A DNA stretch of 64,000 bases, taken from NCBI GenBank assembly GCA_963798915.1, contig CAWCVB010000002.1:416001-480000 (forward strand), in the 5' to 3' direction. Position 1 is the first letter of the stretch; every line of letters starts with the position of its first letter. Origin of the DNA: an uncultured Gemmatimonadales bacterium. GTDB lineage: Bacteria > Gemmatimonadota > Gemmatimonadetes > Gemmatimonadales > GWC2-71-9. Shown here piece after piece: positions 32,321-43,286 of the stretch. The notes below the pieces were generated by a model. The model saw nothing but the letters and a program-made list of their open reading frames with translations, did not search any database and was not told the origin of the DNA. The translations under genes and the position numbers were made by a program.

Positions 32321-33685
32321 GTGACTCACGACCACAGCAGCAGGATTGACTCGCCCCTGTCGCAGGCGCTGGAGCGCCTCGTGATTGTGCTGCGCGAGAC
32401 GCCACGCGCAGCAGAAGTGCATGCCGAGCTCGCCGCTGCGGCCGCACGCCTGGCCGCCGCCCTCCGCCGCTCCGAACGGATCGAGGCCGGTGTCGAGGGG
32501 TCCAGTATCGCCGAGACCGTCACCCTGCGCGGCCGGTTGCTGGCGCGCGCCGTGGACTGGCTCGAAATCAGCCCGGGCGCGACGGCTGGCGCCATGCTCG
32601 ACCTTGCCCGCGCGCTGGCCAGCGACACCGCTCCAATACCGGCGGCCGATGGAGTGACGGTCGCGCTCGTGACCCTGCCACGGCCGATGGAGACCGGTCC
32701 CGTCCGGGTGGCGGAACCAGGGATTGCCGGGCTGGACGCCGGACTGGGGGACGACGACGCGGGGGACAGCGAACTCCTGCGACTCACCGACGAAGTGCGG
32801 ACGGCGTCGGTCCAGCGAGACTGGCACGGGGTGCTCCAGCATGCCCAGGCGCTGCTGGATTACGCGGAACTGGATACGGCGGTACGGCGCACCAGGATCA
32901 TCCAGGCTCGGCGCGCGCTGCCCATGGCCCGGCTCCGCGAGCTGGTCGAGCACGCGCTGCGACACCAGGAAGACCAGCTCGCCACGGGTGACGTCCTGGC
33001 GCGCATCGGCCCCGACGGCCATCAGGTCATGGTCGAAGCGGTGGCCGAAAGTGAATCGCTGGCCGCCCGGCGGTTCCTGCACGACCAGCTGGGCCGGACG
33101 CCCGAGGCCTTCCCGCTGCTGGTGCCGCTGCTCGAGCGTGGCACCGCGTCGCAGGCCCGGCATGCCGCCGGCATTCTGGCGCGGCTCGCCGATGAGCGCG
33201 CCCTTGCACCCCTTGCCTCCGCGCTGTCACACCAGGACGACGCCGTGCGAGCCGAAGTGCTGCGCGCGCTGGCCAGGTTCGATCACCCGACGGCACGGGC
33301 CGCGTTGCTGGAGGGGCTCCGTCATCAGAGCTCGAGCACCAGGATCGCGGCGGCACAGGCGGTGGGCAACGCAGGCATGCTCACGCTCGCGCCTTCGGTA
33401 ATGGGCGTCCTGCGCGAGGAGGCGGACAGTTCCGTGCGGCGGGCGTTGGCCACGGCCGCTGCCCGGTTGGGGACCGTCGAAGCCCTGGAGGAACTGGTGC
33501 GGATCGCGGTGGGGCGGAAGCGGCTGTTACGCGGCGGCTTTCCGGTTGAGATGCGGCTCGATGTGGTCGCGGGGCTGGCGGCGGCGGCGACGCCCACTGC
33601 CAGGCGAGCACTCGACCGGATCGTGCGCGAGGCGGACCGCGTCGTCCAGCGGGCAGCAGATACCGCGCTGAATGTGAGACGTTAA
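32321..33685 (+). CDS. HEAT-repeat protein
   Basis: Repeated L..AL.H.D..VR.....AL helical units. Confidence 0.75.
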   Translation: MTHDHSSRIDSPLSQALERLVIVLRETPRAAEVHAELAAAAARLAAALRRSERIEAGVEGSSIAETVTLRGRLLARAVDWLEISPGATAGAMLDLARALASDTAPIPAADGVTVALVTLPRPMETGPVRVAEPGIAGLDAGLGDDDAGDSELLRLTDEVRTASVQRDWHGVLQHAQALLDYAELDTAVRRTRIIQARRALPMARLRELVEHALRHQEDQLATGDVLARIGPDGHQVMVEAVAESESLAARRFLHDQLGRTPEAFPLLVPLLERGTASQARHAAGILARLADERALAPLASALSHQDDAVRAEVLRALARFDHPTARAALLEGLRHQSSSTRIAAAQAVGNAGMLTLAPSVMGVLREEADSSVRRALATAAARLGTVEALEELVRIAVGRKRLLRGGFPVEMRLDVVAGLAAAATPTARRALDRIVREADRVVQRAADTALNVRR

Positions 33686-33760
33686 GACGGGGAAGACGGG
33701 AAGATCTATTCCGCCAGACCTTCCCGTCTTCCCGTCTTCCCGTCTTCCCGCCTTCCCGCC
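33676..33760. repeat. Palindromic octamer element between convergent genes
   Basis: AAGACGGG-type arm, then TTCCCGTC x3 and TTCCCGCC x2. Confidence 0.88.
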
Positions 33761-34530
33761 TACGGATGGTGCAGCGCGAATCCGCCCACATGCACGTCCA
33801 GATTGTGATTGATGCGGAGTCCGACGATGCCGTTGAGGTCGCCGGGAGTCGCATCCATTTCGTAGACGCTGGTCCCGTTGACCAGGAACTTCGCCTTGCC
33901 GGGCGTCGTCGCATCGATCTCAAGCTTGTTGGTCGCCTTGCCCGCGGCATCCTGCGACTGCACCGCAGCGTTCGCCACCCAGCCGTCGGAGACGTTTGAC
34001 GTTTCCGCGCCGTTCCGCTTCTTGATCAGGAACTTGCCGTCGCCCCGGACCAGGAAATAGGTGTATTGCTGGCCCTCACCGCCCAGCGCCTTGCCGCCGA
34101 AGAAGAGGCCGTAGCCCTCCGGGTGCGTTGGCGCCTTCGTCTGGGTGAAGGTGGCCACGGTATGGAAGGGCCCATTGGCCTTGTCACTGGCCCGGTACAG
34201 GATGGCAGCGGGTCCCATCGTGGCATGGAACCCGTCGCCCATGGTCACGAACTTGACGTTGGCGAGCGGCGCATCCCGGTCGGTGCGGGCGGCCCAGCCC
34301 TCGGGAAGGGTGCCGCCTCCCTGGACCTGGTGGTCCGGGTCGGCGTGATCCATGCCCTTCATATCGTGATCCATGCCCTTCATATCGTGATCCATGCCCT
34401 TCATATCGTGATCCATGCCCTTCATCTGGGCATGGGCCGAATCGGTTTTGGGTGTGGTGGTGGGCTGCTGCGCCAGGGCAGGGGTGGTGGCAAACAGGGC
34501 TGCGGCGGCCATCAGGGTCAACGACTTCAT
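33760..34530 (-). CDS. Secreted protein with (MKGMDHD)4 tract and beta-sandwich domain
   Basis: Signal peptide ALA-Q; Met/His repeat; HPEGYGLFFGG. Confidence 0.8.
   Translation of the reverse strand: MKSLTLMAAAALFATTPALAQQPTTTPKTDSAHAQMKGMDHDMKGMDHDMKGMDHDMKGMDHADPDHQVQGGGTLPEGWAARTDRDAPLANVKFVTMGDGFHATMGPAAILYRASDKANGPFHTVATFTQTKAPTHPEGYGLFFGGKALGGEGQQYTYFLVRGDGKFLIKKRNGAETSNVSDGWVANAAVQSQDAAGKATNKLEIDATTPGKAKFLVNGTSVYEMDATPGDLNGIVGLRINHNLDVHVGGFALHHP
34344..34425. repeat. 21-bp coding tandem repeat x4
   Basis: cgtgatccatgcccttcatat units. Confidence 0.95.
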
Positions 34531-34611
34531 CGGTGTGTCTCCGTAGGGGGTTGAAGGCGGCTCCGGGGCGCGGTATGCTTCTGCCTCGCCCTACCGTTCG
34601 GAGCGCCGTCC

Positions 34612-34776
34612 ATGCTGCTGTATTACTTCGGGATGATCTTTGCCATCATTGGCGCCGGCGCCATCCTCTTTGCGCTGCCGTTCGTGAGCGCGGTCATTGG
34701 CGGGCTCGTGAACGCCATGATCACGTTCATGGCCGGTCCAATCGTGGACAAGTTTCTCGCCCGCCGCAAGAGCTAG
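34612..34776 (+). CDS. 54-aa membrane microprotein (below the ORF-track cutoff)
   Basis: GGAG RBS; MLLYYFGMIFAIIGAGAILFALPFVSAVIGGLVNAMITFMAGPIVDKFLARRKS*; GC3-rich codons. Confidence 0.7.
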   Translation: MLLYYFGMIFAIIGAGAILFALPFVSAVIGGLVNAMITFMAGPIVDKFLARRKS

Positions 34777-35138
34777 GCGTTCGGCTTCTCGTCCAGCGTG
34801 CTGGCCTCCGGCGCCAGCGCGGCCCGGTGCGCTCCTTCAAGATTGATCCGAAAGTTGCCGAGCAGTTCGCGGAGGCCGCGGACCTTGACCTGTTGGCCGC
34901 CGCCTCGCCGGGTCAGCATGGCCATGTTGCCGGCCGTGTCCGCCAGCCGGTGCAGTCCCTTCAGCTGGCAGTTGGCCTTGATTTCGTCGAGCATCCGGGC
35001 CAGCGAGCGGACCGCGGCCTCATCGGCCTGCTGGATGGCCATGGACTCGATGGTGCGATGAATCCGGTCCAGCTTGGGCGACAGGGTCTTGAAGTATTCG
35101 AGCCGCGCCTGTTGTTGGTTCGAGAGCTTGTGGGCCAT
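34773..35138 (-). CDS. Helical hypothetical protein, possibly Hpt-like bundle
   Basis: Typical codon usage; LARMLDEIKAN...GL.RLADTA. Confidence 0.65.
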   Translation of the reverse strand: MAHKLSNQQQARLEYFKTLSPKLDRIHRTIESMAIQQADEAAVRSLARMLDEIKANCQLKGLHRLADTAGNMAMLTRRGGGQQVKVRGLRELLGNFRINLEGAHRAALAPEASTLDEKPNA

Positions 35139-35272
35139 GCCGGAATGTAAGGGCATGGCCCGGCCCATGCCCGGGCGGACCGGCGTCCCATCGCTGAAAC
35201 CGGCCCGTCCCAGGGACCGTAGGCGGGTCACATTCGACGATGCACGGGAAGCACCCCTGAGCGGGCATACGC

Positions 35273-38200
35273 ATGAAACTGTCTGACATTTCGATCCGGC
35301 GGCCCATCTTCGCGAGCATGATGAGCCTGGCGCTGGTGCTCTTCGGCGTCATCGGCTACCGGCTGCTGCCAGTGCGCGAGTACCCCGACGTCGATCCACC
35401 CATCATCTCGGTCTCCACGGTGCTTGCCGGCGCCAATCCGCAGGTGATCGAGTCCGCCATCACCGATCCGCTCGAGGAAGAGCTGAGCACGGTGCCTGGC
35501 CTGCGCACCCTGACGAGCAGCAGTGCCGAGCAGGTCAGCAATATCACGCTCGAGTTCAACCTTGAGCGGGACGTGGATGACGCCGCGCAGGATGTCCGCG
35601 ATCGAGTCTCGCGGGTGCGCGGGCGCCTGCCGCAGGATATCGAGGAACCGGTCATCGCCAAGCAGGAGGCCGACGCCCAGCCCTTCTTCTGGCTGGCACT
35701 CTCGGGCGCCAACTATTCGCTCCTGCAGCTCTCGGACATTGCCGACCGCCTGGTGAAGGCGCGCCTGCAAAGCCTGCCGGGCGTGGGTCGGGCCCAGATC
35801 GCCGGCGAGCGGCGCTATTCGATGCGGGTCTGGCTCGACCCATCCGCGCTGACGGCCCATGAACTGACGGTGCAGGATGTCGAGGCCGCCATCCAGTCGC
35901 GCAACGTGGAAGTGCCGGCCGGCCGTATCGAGAGCCAGCGACGCGAGTTCAGCGTGCGCACGCTGGGCGAACTCAAGAACCCGGACGAGTTCGGCGAGCT
36001 CACCGTGGCCAATCAGGGTGGCCAGCTGGTGAAGCTGCGCGATCTGGGCCACGTCGAACTCGGGCCGCAGGATATTCGCAGTGTGCTCCGCTACAACGGC
36101 ACGTCCGCCGTCGCCATCGGCGTGGTGCGGCAGTCCAAGTCCAACCTGATCGAGGTGGCGGACGAGATCCGGGCGGCCCTGCCGGAGATCCAGGCGCAAT
36201 TGCCGCCCGGCGTGGACATCATCCCGGCGTTTGACGGCTCGACCTTCGTCCGCCGCTCCATCAGCGAGGCCCAGGAGACGCTGATCATCGCGGCGGTGCT
36301 GGTGATCCTGATCATTTTCGTCTTCCTCCGGAACCTGCGCGCCACGATCATTCCCGGGCTCGCCATCCCCGCCTCCATCATCTCCACCTTTGCCGTGATG
36401 TATTTCCTGGGCTTCTCCGTCAACAACCTGACGCTGCTCGCCCTGACGCTCGCCATCGGCATCGTGGTGGACGATGCCATCATCGTCCTGGAAAATGCCT
36501 ATCGGCACCAGGAAGAGCTGGGCGAGTCTCCTGAGGATGCCGCCATCAACGGCACCCGCGAGATCGCGTTTGCCGTCGTCGCCACCACCATTTCCCTGGT
36601 GGCCGTCTTCATTCCGCTCGCCTTCCTCAAGGGCAATACCGGACGGCTGTTCAACGAGTTCGGCATCGCAGTGGCGGGCTCGGTGGTCATCTCCGGCTTC
36701 GTCGCCTTGACGCTGACGCCCATGCTCTCGGCCAGGATCCTGCGGGTGCCCAGCCGGCACGGCTGGATGTACCAGAAGCTCGAACGCGGTTTTGACCGCT
36801 TGGCCTCCGGTTACGGACGCCTGCTGGATCGCGCGCTGCGGCACCGGCTCCTGGTGGTGGTCGGCGCCCTCGGCACCCTGCTGCTGGCCGCCTACTTCTT
36901 CTCGTCGCTCAAGCGAGAGTTCATCCCGCCCGAGGACAAGGGCTACTTCGTCATCTTCACCCAGGCGCCCGAGGGCAGCACGATCGACTACACCGACCAG
37001 TACCAGCGCCAGGTGGAGACCATCCTGGGGCGAACCAAGGACGTCGAGGGGTACTTCAGCATTATCGGATTCGGCGGGAACGTGGCGGGCGGCATCATCT
37101 TTGTCCGCCTCACCGACTGGTCGGTGCGCGACCGCAGGGTGGACGATGTACTGAACGAAGTGCGGCCTCAATTGTTCGGGATCTCGGGCATCATGGCGTT
37201 CGCCCAGAATCCACCTGCGTTCGGCTTCGGCAATCCGGTCCAGTTCGTGGTGCAGAATCCCAACTTTGATTCGCTCCGGATCGCGATGGACACGATGGTC
37301 ACCCGCGCGCGCGCCATTCCCGGGCTGCTCAACGTCAACACCGACCTCCGGGTCAACAAGCCCCAGCTGGAGGTCACCTTTGACCGCGACCGTGCCGAGG
37401 ATCTTGGCGTGCCGGTTCGCGCGGTGGCGAGCACCTTCCAGACCCTGCTGGGCGGGCGCCGCGTGAGCACCTTCACCCGCGACAACAAGCTGTATGACGT
37501 GATCGTCCAGCTGGAAGCCGAGGACCGGGCCACGCCGTCGGACATGAGCGGGCTCTTCGTCCGGGGCGAGCGTGGCGGCCTGGTGCAGATGTCCTCGCTC
37601 ATCCACAGCAACGAGAACGTCGGCCCGCGCCAGCTCAACCATTTCAACCGGGTGCGCGATTTCACCCTCCAGGCGAGCCTGGCCCCCGGCTTCACGCTCG
37701 GTGAGGCCCTCGACTCGCTGAATGCGCTCGCCACCGAAGTGCTGCCGCGAAACAGCTCCGTGGCACTGGCGGGCGAAAGCCGGGAGCTCAACGAAAGCGG
37801 GACCTCGCTGTACTTCGCGTTCCTGCTCGCGCTGGTCGTCGTCTTCATGGTGCTCGCGTCGCAGTTCGAGTCGCTGGTGCACCCGTTCACGGTACTCCTT
37901 GCAGTGCCACTGGCGGTCACCGGGGCGCTGGTCACGCTGTGGATCGCGGGATCGACGATCAACCTCTACAGTCAGATCGGCATGATCCTGCTGATCGGCC
38001 TGGTGACCAAGAACTCGATCCTGCTGGTGGAGTATGCCAACCAGCTCAAGGATCGGGGCATGAGCGGCGCCGACGCGGTGCGTGAGGCAGGCCGGATCCG
38101 CCTCCGGCCCATTCTCATGACCAGCGTGGCCACCATCATGGGCGCCATTCCCATCGCCTACGGTCTCGGTGCCGGGTCCATCAGCCGGCGGCCGCTGGGC

Positions 38201-38344
38201 TACGCCATTGTGGGCGGGCTGCTGTTCTCCACCACACTGACGCTGTTCCTCATCCCGGTGGTGTACGTGTTGTTCGACGGCCTGCGCGAGCGCCGCCGGG
38301 TCCGCGCCGGCAGTCCGCGGCCGGCGGCGGAGGTGACCGAATGA
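35273..38344 (+). CDS. RND efflux permease (AcrB/MdtB family)
   Basis: GIVVDDAI, KNSILLVE, RLRPILMT. Confidence 0.97.
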   Translation: MKLSDISIRRPIFASMMSLALVLFGVIGYRLLPVREYPDVDPPIISVSTVLAGANPQVIESAITDPLEEELSTVPGLRTLTSSSAEQVSNITLEFNLERDVDDAAQDVRDRVSRVRGRLPQDIEEPVIAKQEADAQPFFWLALSGANYSLLQLSDIADRLVKARLQSLPGVGRAQIAGERRYSMRVWLDPSALTAHELTVQDVEAAIQSRNVEVPAGRIESQRREFSVRTLGELKNPDEFGELTVANQGGQLVKLRDLGHVELGPQDIRSVLRYNGTSAVAIGVVRQSKSNLIEVADEIRAALPEIQAQLPPGVDIIPAFDGSTFVRRSISEAQETLIIAAVLVILIIFVFLRNLRATIIPGLAIPASIISTFAVMYFLGFSVNNLTLLALTLAIGIVVDDAIIVLENAYRHQEELGESPEDAAINGTREIAFAVVATTISLVAVFIPLAFLKGNTGRLFNEFGIAVAGSVVISGFVALTLTPMLSARILRVPSRHGWMYQKLERGFDRLASGYGRLLDRALRHRLLVVVGALGTLLLAAYFFSSLKREFIPPEDKGYFVIFTQAPEGSTIDYTDQYQRQVETILGRTKDVEGYFSIIGFGGNVAGGIIFVRLTDWSVRDRRVDDVLNEVRPQLFGISGIMAFAQNPPAFGFGNPVQFVVQNPNFDSLRIAMDTMVTRARAIPGLLNVNTDLRVNKPQLEVTFDRDRAEDLGVPVRAVASTFQTLLGGRRVSTFTRDNKLYDVIVQLEAEDRATPSDMSGLFVRGERGGLVQMSSLIHSNENVGPRQLNHFNRVRDFTLQASLAPGFTLGEALDSLNALATEVLPRNSSVALAGESRELNESGTSLYFAFLLALVVVFMVLASQFESLVHPFTVLLAVPLAVTGALVTLWIAGSTINLYSQIGMILLIGLVTKNSILLVEYANQLKDRGMSGADAVREAGRIRLRPILMTSVATIMGAIPIAYGLGAGSISRRPLGYAIVGGLLFSTTLTLFLIPVVYVLFDGLRERRRVRAGSPRPAAEVTE

Positions 38345-39630
38345 GCGGTGGGTTGCTGCTGCTGGCCGCGCTGTCACTGGTCCGGCAGGGGCCGGCCGAT
38401 ACCCTGCCGGTCGTGACGCTGCCACAGGCCATCGAAGAGGCGGCCCGCCTTGACCCCGATTACGTGCGGGCGCTGGGTAACGTCTCGTCGGCGGAATGGG
38501 GACGGCGCGCCGCACGCGTCGCGTTCGTGCTGCCCAGTATTTCGGTCAGCACCGACTTCACCCGCTACAGCTCGGCGTTCTTCAATATCGGGACCGGCGC
38601 GCTGCAGAACCGCTCGGTGACAGCGCAGGTCAACGCGCAATACGAACTGCTGAGTCTCCGGAAACTGGCCGAATTGTCCCGCTCGAGCGCCGCTGCAGAG
38701 CGGGCCGGCGCGGAGGAGCAGCAGGCCCGCTTTGCCGCCGCCATCGTGACGGAGAGCGATTACTACGCCGTGCTCGCGTCGGTCGAGCTGCTGCGCAGCG
38801 CGGAAGATCGAGTGAAGCGGGCGGACGAGGGACTGTCGGTGGCGCGCGCGCGGGTGAGCTCAGGCGCGGCGGTCCGGAGCGACTCGCTGCAACTGTACCT
38901 GGAACTCACCCGGGCCCGGGTGGACCTGCTGCGCCAGCGCTCGGCCCTGACGGTCGCTCGCCTGGAACTGGGGCGTCGCATCGGGCGGGAGGGCCCGGTG
39001 GATGCAGCCCCGCTGGATTCCGCCGCAGTGCCTCCGCTGCCGGTCTCGCTGGACCAGGCCGTGGCGCTTGCGCTCCGTTCGGGACCGCAATGGCGGGCCG
39101 CACGCGCCTCGGAGCGGGCCGCCGCTGCAGTGCTGAGGGAGCGCACCAGCGATTTCTTCCCGACCGTGAACCTCACGGCCTCGCACCAGCGCTATGACAC
39201 CAAGTTCTTTCCCAGTGCGCGCAATGTCAGCGCCGTGACGCTCGGAGTCCGCTGGACGCTCTGGAATGGCGGACAGCGCGAGATCGCGATGGCCGAGGCA
39301 CGCACCAGCCGTAATGTGGCCCAGGCAGTCCGGGCCGACCTGGAACGGGGAGCGCGGGCGGACGTGACGGAAAGCTTCGAGGCATTCAACACCGCGCGCG
39401 CCTCGGTGGATCTTTCGACCACCGCGCGCCTGGTGGCGCAGGAAAACTACCGGGTGCAGGAAAGCCGCTATCGCGCCGGCGCCGCCACGATTCTCGATCT
39501 GCTCGATGCACAGGTGGGGCTCACACAGTCGGACGCGGACCTGGTTCAGGCGCGCTATGGTACCCGCCTGGCGCTGGCCGGGCTGGAAGCCATGCTGGGA
39601 CAGAGACTCTTCACGGGGACCATCGAGTGA
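38341..39630 (+). CDS. TolC-family outer membrane factor
   Basis: RYRAGAATILDLLDAQ; overlaps the RND gene. Confidence 0.92.
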   Translation: MSGGLLLLAALSLVRQGPADTLPVVTLPQAIEEAARLDPDYVRALGNVSSAEWGRRAARVAFVLPSISVSTDFTRYSSAFFNIGTGALQNRSVTAQVNAQYELLSLRKLAELSRSSAAAERAGAEEQQARFAAAIVTESDYYAVLASVELLRSAEDRVKRADEGLSVARARVSSGAAVRSDSLQLYLELTRARVDLLRQRSALTVARLELGRRIGREGPVDAAPLDSAAVPPLPVSLDQAVALALRSGPQWRAARASERAAAAVLRERTSDFFPTVNLTASHQRYDTKFFPSARNVSAVTLGVRWTLWNGGQREIAMAEARTSRNVAQAVRADLERGARADVTESFEAFNTARASVDLSTTARLVAQENYRVQESRYRAGAATILDLLDAQVGLTQSDADLVQARYGTRLALAGLEAMLGQRLFTGTIE

Positions 39631-40697
39631 TCGCCACACGCCAACTGTTCATCCTGTCGCTTGCGCTCTCGGCGTGCGGCAAGGCCGGGGACCCTGCGGT
39701 GCGCGGTGCCGGCGCACCGGGCGCCACGCCGCCCATGCCGGTCGAGGTGGCCGCCGCGTTCACCGACACGGTGCTCGACGCCATTTCGGCAACGGGCCAG
39801 ATCGAGGCGGTGCAGTCCATCGATCTGCGGCCCGACGTCGAAGGGCGGATCACCGCCATCCTGGTTCGCGAGGGCAGTTATGTGGGCCAGGGTACCGGGC
39901 TCTTCCGCATCGACGATGCCGAGCTTCGGGCGCAGGCAGATCGGGCCCGCGCCGACCGGGACCTGGCGCGGCAGAACCTCGACCGCACCAAGGAGCTGCT
40001 GGCGCAGAATGCCAGTTCGCAGGCCGAACTGGAACGGGCCGAGGCGGCCTTCCGCAGCGCCGCGGCATCGCTGGCGTTGCTGGAAGTGCGCATCAACCGG
40101 TCCACCGTGCGCGCGCCCTTTGCCGGCGTCATGGGCCAGCGCTACGTCAGTCTGGGCGATTACGTGACCACTTCCACCCGCCTGGCGTCGCTGCAGACGG
40201 TGCATCCCGAGCGGGCCGTCCTGACTGTGCCTGAGCGATATGCGGCCGCGCTCGAGCGCGGCCAGAAGGTGAACTTCCGTGTGGCGGCGCTGCCGGGGCG
40301 GCAGTTCACCGGGACAGTAGATTTCGTAGATCCGGTCGTGGCCATGCCGGGTCGCACCATCACCGTGAAGGCACTGGTGCCCAATGGCGATCGGTCGCTG
40401 CAGGCCGGCATGTTCATCGAGGCGCGGCTGGCCACCGCGGTGCGCCCGTCGGCGGTGGTGATCCCGGAGGATGCGGTGCTCCCGCTCCAGGGGACCAATT
40501 TTGTCTGGGTCGCGAAGGACAACAAGGCGAGCCGCCGCCAGGTCGAGCTCGGCGTGCGCACGCCCGGCTTCGTCGAGGCGCAAAGCGGCATCAACAGCGG
40601 CGACATGGTGGTGGTCGGCGGGCAGGAGCGCCTCCAGGAAGGCGCGCCCGTCGCTGCCACGGTGGTGCAGCGCAAGCGGGAGACCGTGGCGGAATAG
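39627..40697 (+). CDS. RND periplasmic adaptor subunit
   Basis: Lipobox LSAC, VRAPFAG, GMF, VIPEDAV. Confidence 0.93.
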   Translation: MIATRQLFILSLALSACGKAGDPAVRGAGAPGATPPMPVEVAAAFTDTVLDAISATGQIEAVQSIDLRPDVEGRITAILVREGSYVGQGTGLFRIDDAELRAQADRARADRDLARQNLDRTKELLAQNASSQAELERAEAAFRSAAASLALLEVRINRSTVRAPFAGVMGQRYVSLGDYVTTSTRLASLQTVHPERAVLTVPERYAAALERGQKVNFRVAALPGRQFTGTVDFVDPVVAMPGRTITVKALVPNGDRSLQAGMFIEARLATAVRPSAVVIPEDAVLPLQGTNFVWVAKDNKASRRQVELGVRTPGFVEAQSGINSGDMVVVGGQERLQEGAPVAATVVQRKRETVAE

Positions 40698-42626
40698 TGC
40701 CCACACGCAGACCGAGCCGGATCGGTGTTCCGGGCGCCGTCAGATGCTTCATCTCGACGGCGCTGCTCATTCCTGCGGCCGTGTCGCCACTGTGGGGCCA
40801 GGCGGCCGGGCGGTGGGCCATGCTCCTGGGTGGCGGCGTGCGCGGCATGCTGCGGGCCGAACTTCGGCTGGCCGACCAGCGTGGTACGCTCTGGCTCGAG
40901 ACCGACTCCGCACCTGTTCCACTCACTGAAGTACATCTCGACGGCGCTACGGTGCGCTTCGCCCTGCCGGGCCGCGACCCCATCACGTTTGCCGGCGAGG
41001 TGCAGGGAAGCGTGCTTCACGGCACTGCCCGTGCGGACACGGGCGCACCCCGTCTGTGGACGGCCACCCGGCTGCAGCAGGTCACGGAGTACTATCCCTC
41101 ACTGCCCCGATTCACCTTGCGCCAGATCATCAGCGGCCGCCGCGACACAGTCTCACACCTGCCGGGCATGTGGGTGGCGGCGGCGCGCGCCCAGGCAGAA
41201 GACCTTGGCGGCCGCTACGAGAGGCTGGCGCGCGCGGCCGGGATGACGCCGCTGGCGGGTGCACAGCTCGCCCAGCTGGGACCTCAGCGCGCGCTCGGCC
41301 TCGTTGACCGGGCCCGGGCGGCGGCGGCGAGCCGCGCCACGCTGGAGCAGATTCGCCGGCAGATTCCCGGTCCGGAAACACAGGCCGCCTTTGACCGCAT
41401 CTTCCGGCCCAGGGGCCACTGGCTCGTGGACGTGCACGACGCGGCGCTGGCCTTTGCGCAGGCGGCTTCGCCTGGCGCGGGACTGGCCGACGTGCGGTCG
41501 GCACTCACGGCCATCGGATGGTTTCAGGCCGATTCCGCCCTGACTGATGCCGACGTCATGTCGGCGCTGTACCGTCTGCATGGGCTGATGAGCACCGACA
41601 GCGCTCAGGTCAATCCGCTGCTCGACGCCATGCGCCGCGCCGATCCCCGGCACGCCACCGCCGCCGTCCTGCTGCTGCACGCCTACGATGCCGCCGACCA
41701 GTGGCATGCCTCCGCGCTGCGCTTCCTGCTGGAGGCGCCGTGGATCGGCGCCGCGCCGTCATCCATCGCCGCGCGAATGCGTGCGAGCTGGGGCGACTCG
41801 TTGCCGCTCCCGGCGGTCGAGTCGCGTTACTTCGGGTCGCCCCAGGCGGTGCCGCGCTACGGTGTGTCCCGCGCCACTTTTCGGTCGCCTGGTCCGGGCC
41901 GACAACTGGTCGGCGCGGCAATGGCTCGCACGACATCACCAGGAGACGCTGCTGGAGACGCTCCGGCTCCTCCCGGCCAGCTTTGCGCCTGACGCGGAAC
42001 TGGCCACGCCGACCGAACGGTTCCGCCTGACTACCGTGCGGCGGGAAGCGGAATCACGGGACAACGGCTTCCTGGAGCCGCACGAAACCATTGTCGTGGA
42101 TGATGGCTACATGCCATTGCTGGCGCTGGCCGCGGCGGTCCATGAGTGGCAGCACCTTGCGTTCGAGCGCGAGCGGCGCCGGCGCGATGCCAGCGAGAGC
42201 GGGGAAGTGGTGACGCTCCACGGCGGCGATCCATATGTGGCCGAAGGGGTGGCCGAGTGGCGCACCGACGAACTGCTGCGTCCGCTGGCGCCGGCGTTTC
42301 CACTGCTGCTCATGGGCGAAGCGGAGAAGCGCATCCGGCTGTCCGCCAGCGGGACGGAGCCGCACGCGCTGGGATATCTGCTGGTCCGCGCGCTGGCCGC
42401 GGCCGTCCCTGACGCCGCCCGCCGCCGGCAGCTCCTGCTGCGCGCAGTCGATGATCCGGCGAGTGTACTTTCCGAGGCGACACTGGTCGAAGCCTGGCAT
42501 GCCCACGCCGCGGCTCCTGACTTGATCTATGGCGGGACCGGCCGCCGCGCGCTCATTCCGGAGACCACTTTTACGGTCGAGGACGGATTTCCGGATCCCG
42601 TGGCGGAGCGCGTGCTGGTGGAATGA
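40697..42626 (+). CDS. Secreted putative zinc metallopeptidase; frameshift near 41866
   Basis: Two overlapping ORFs join as YGV-PAPLF; HEWQH plus downstream EGVAE. Confidence 0.6.
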
Positions 42627-42684
42627 CCATGGCACGCGATGCCAACCCCCGAACCATGACGGACTCTCAGCAAGGATACTGACC

Positions 42685-43158
42685 ATGCCCATCTCATCGG
42701 GACATCCCGCTCCTGAATTCTCGCTGCCTTCCGACGAGGGCGCTACCGTGTCCTTGAAGGCGATGCGCGGTTCGCCCGTCGTGCTCTACTTCTATCCCAA
42801 GGACGACACCAGCGGGTGCACCACCGAGGCGTGCGAGTTTCGCGATGCCTGGCCGGAGGTCAAGGCCACCGGGGCCCGGCTCTTCGGCGTGTCACCCGAC
42901 GGCATCCAGTCGCACGAGAAATTCCGCGCCAAGCTCAAGCTGCCGTTCCCGCTGCTGGCCGATGCGGACCACGCCGTGGCTGAGGCCTACGGGGTCTGGG
43001 GTGAGAAGTCGATGTACGGCAGGAAGTACACGGGTATCCTCCGGACCACGTTCCTCATCGATGCCGACGGCCGCATTGCCCAGGTGTTCGAGAACGTGAA
43101 GCCGGCGGGGCATGCCGCTCAGGTCCTGGCGGCCCTCCATGACATGGCCACCCCGTAA
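42685..43158 (+). CDS. bcp: Peroxiredoxin BCP/PrxQ
   Basis: YFYPKDDTSGCTTEACEFRD. Confidence 0.95.
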   Translation: MPISSGHPAPEFSLPSDEGATVSLKAMRGSPVVLYFYPKDDTSGCTTEACEFRDAWPEVKATGARLFGVSPDGIQSHEKFRAKLKLPFPLLADADHAVAEAYGVWGEKSMYGRKYTGILRTTFLIDADGRIAQVFENVKPAGHAAQVLAALHDMATP

Positions 43159-43286
43159 GAATACGGACCAGCGAACGCGAATCGCTTCGCGGCCGGCCGT
43201 CGTTATCTTTGGTGCGCTTCGCCCGGGTCTCAGGCGCTCATCCGGGCGGTGCCGTATCCACCTCAGCGCCATGACTCGATACTGCC

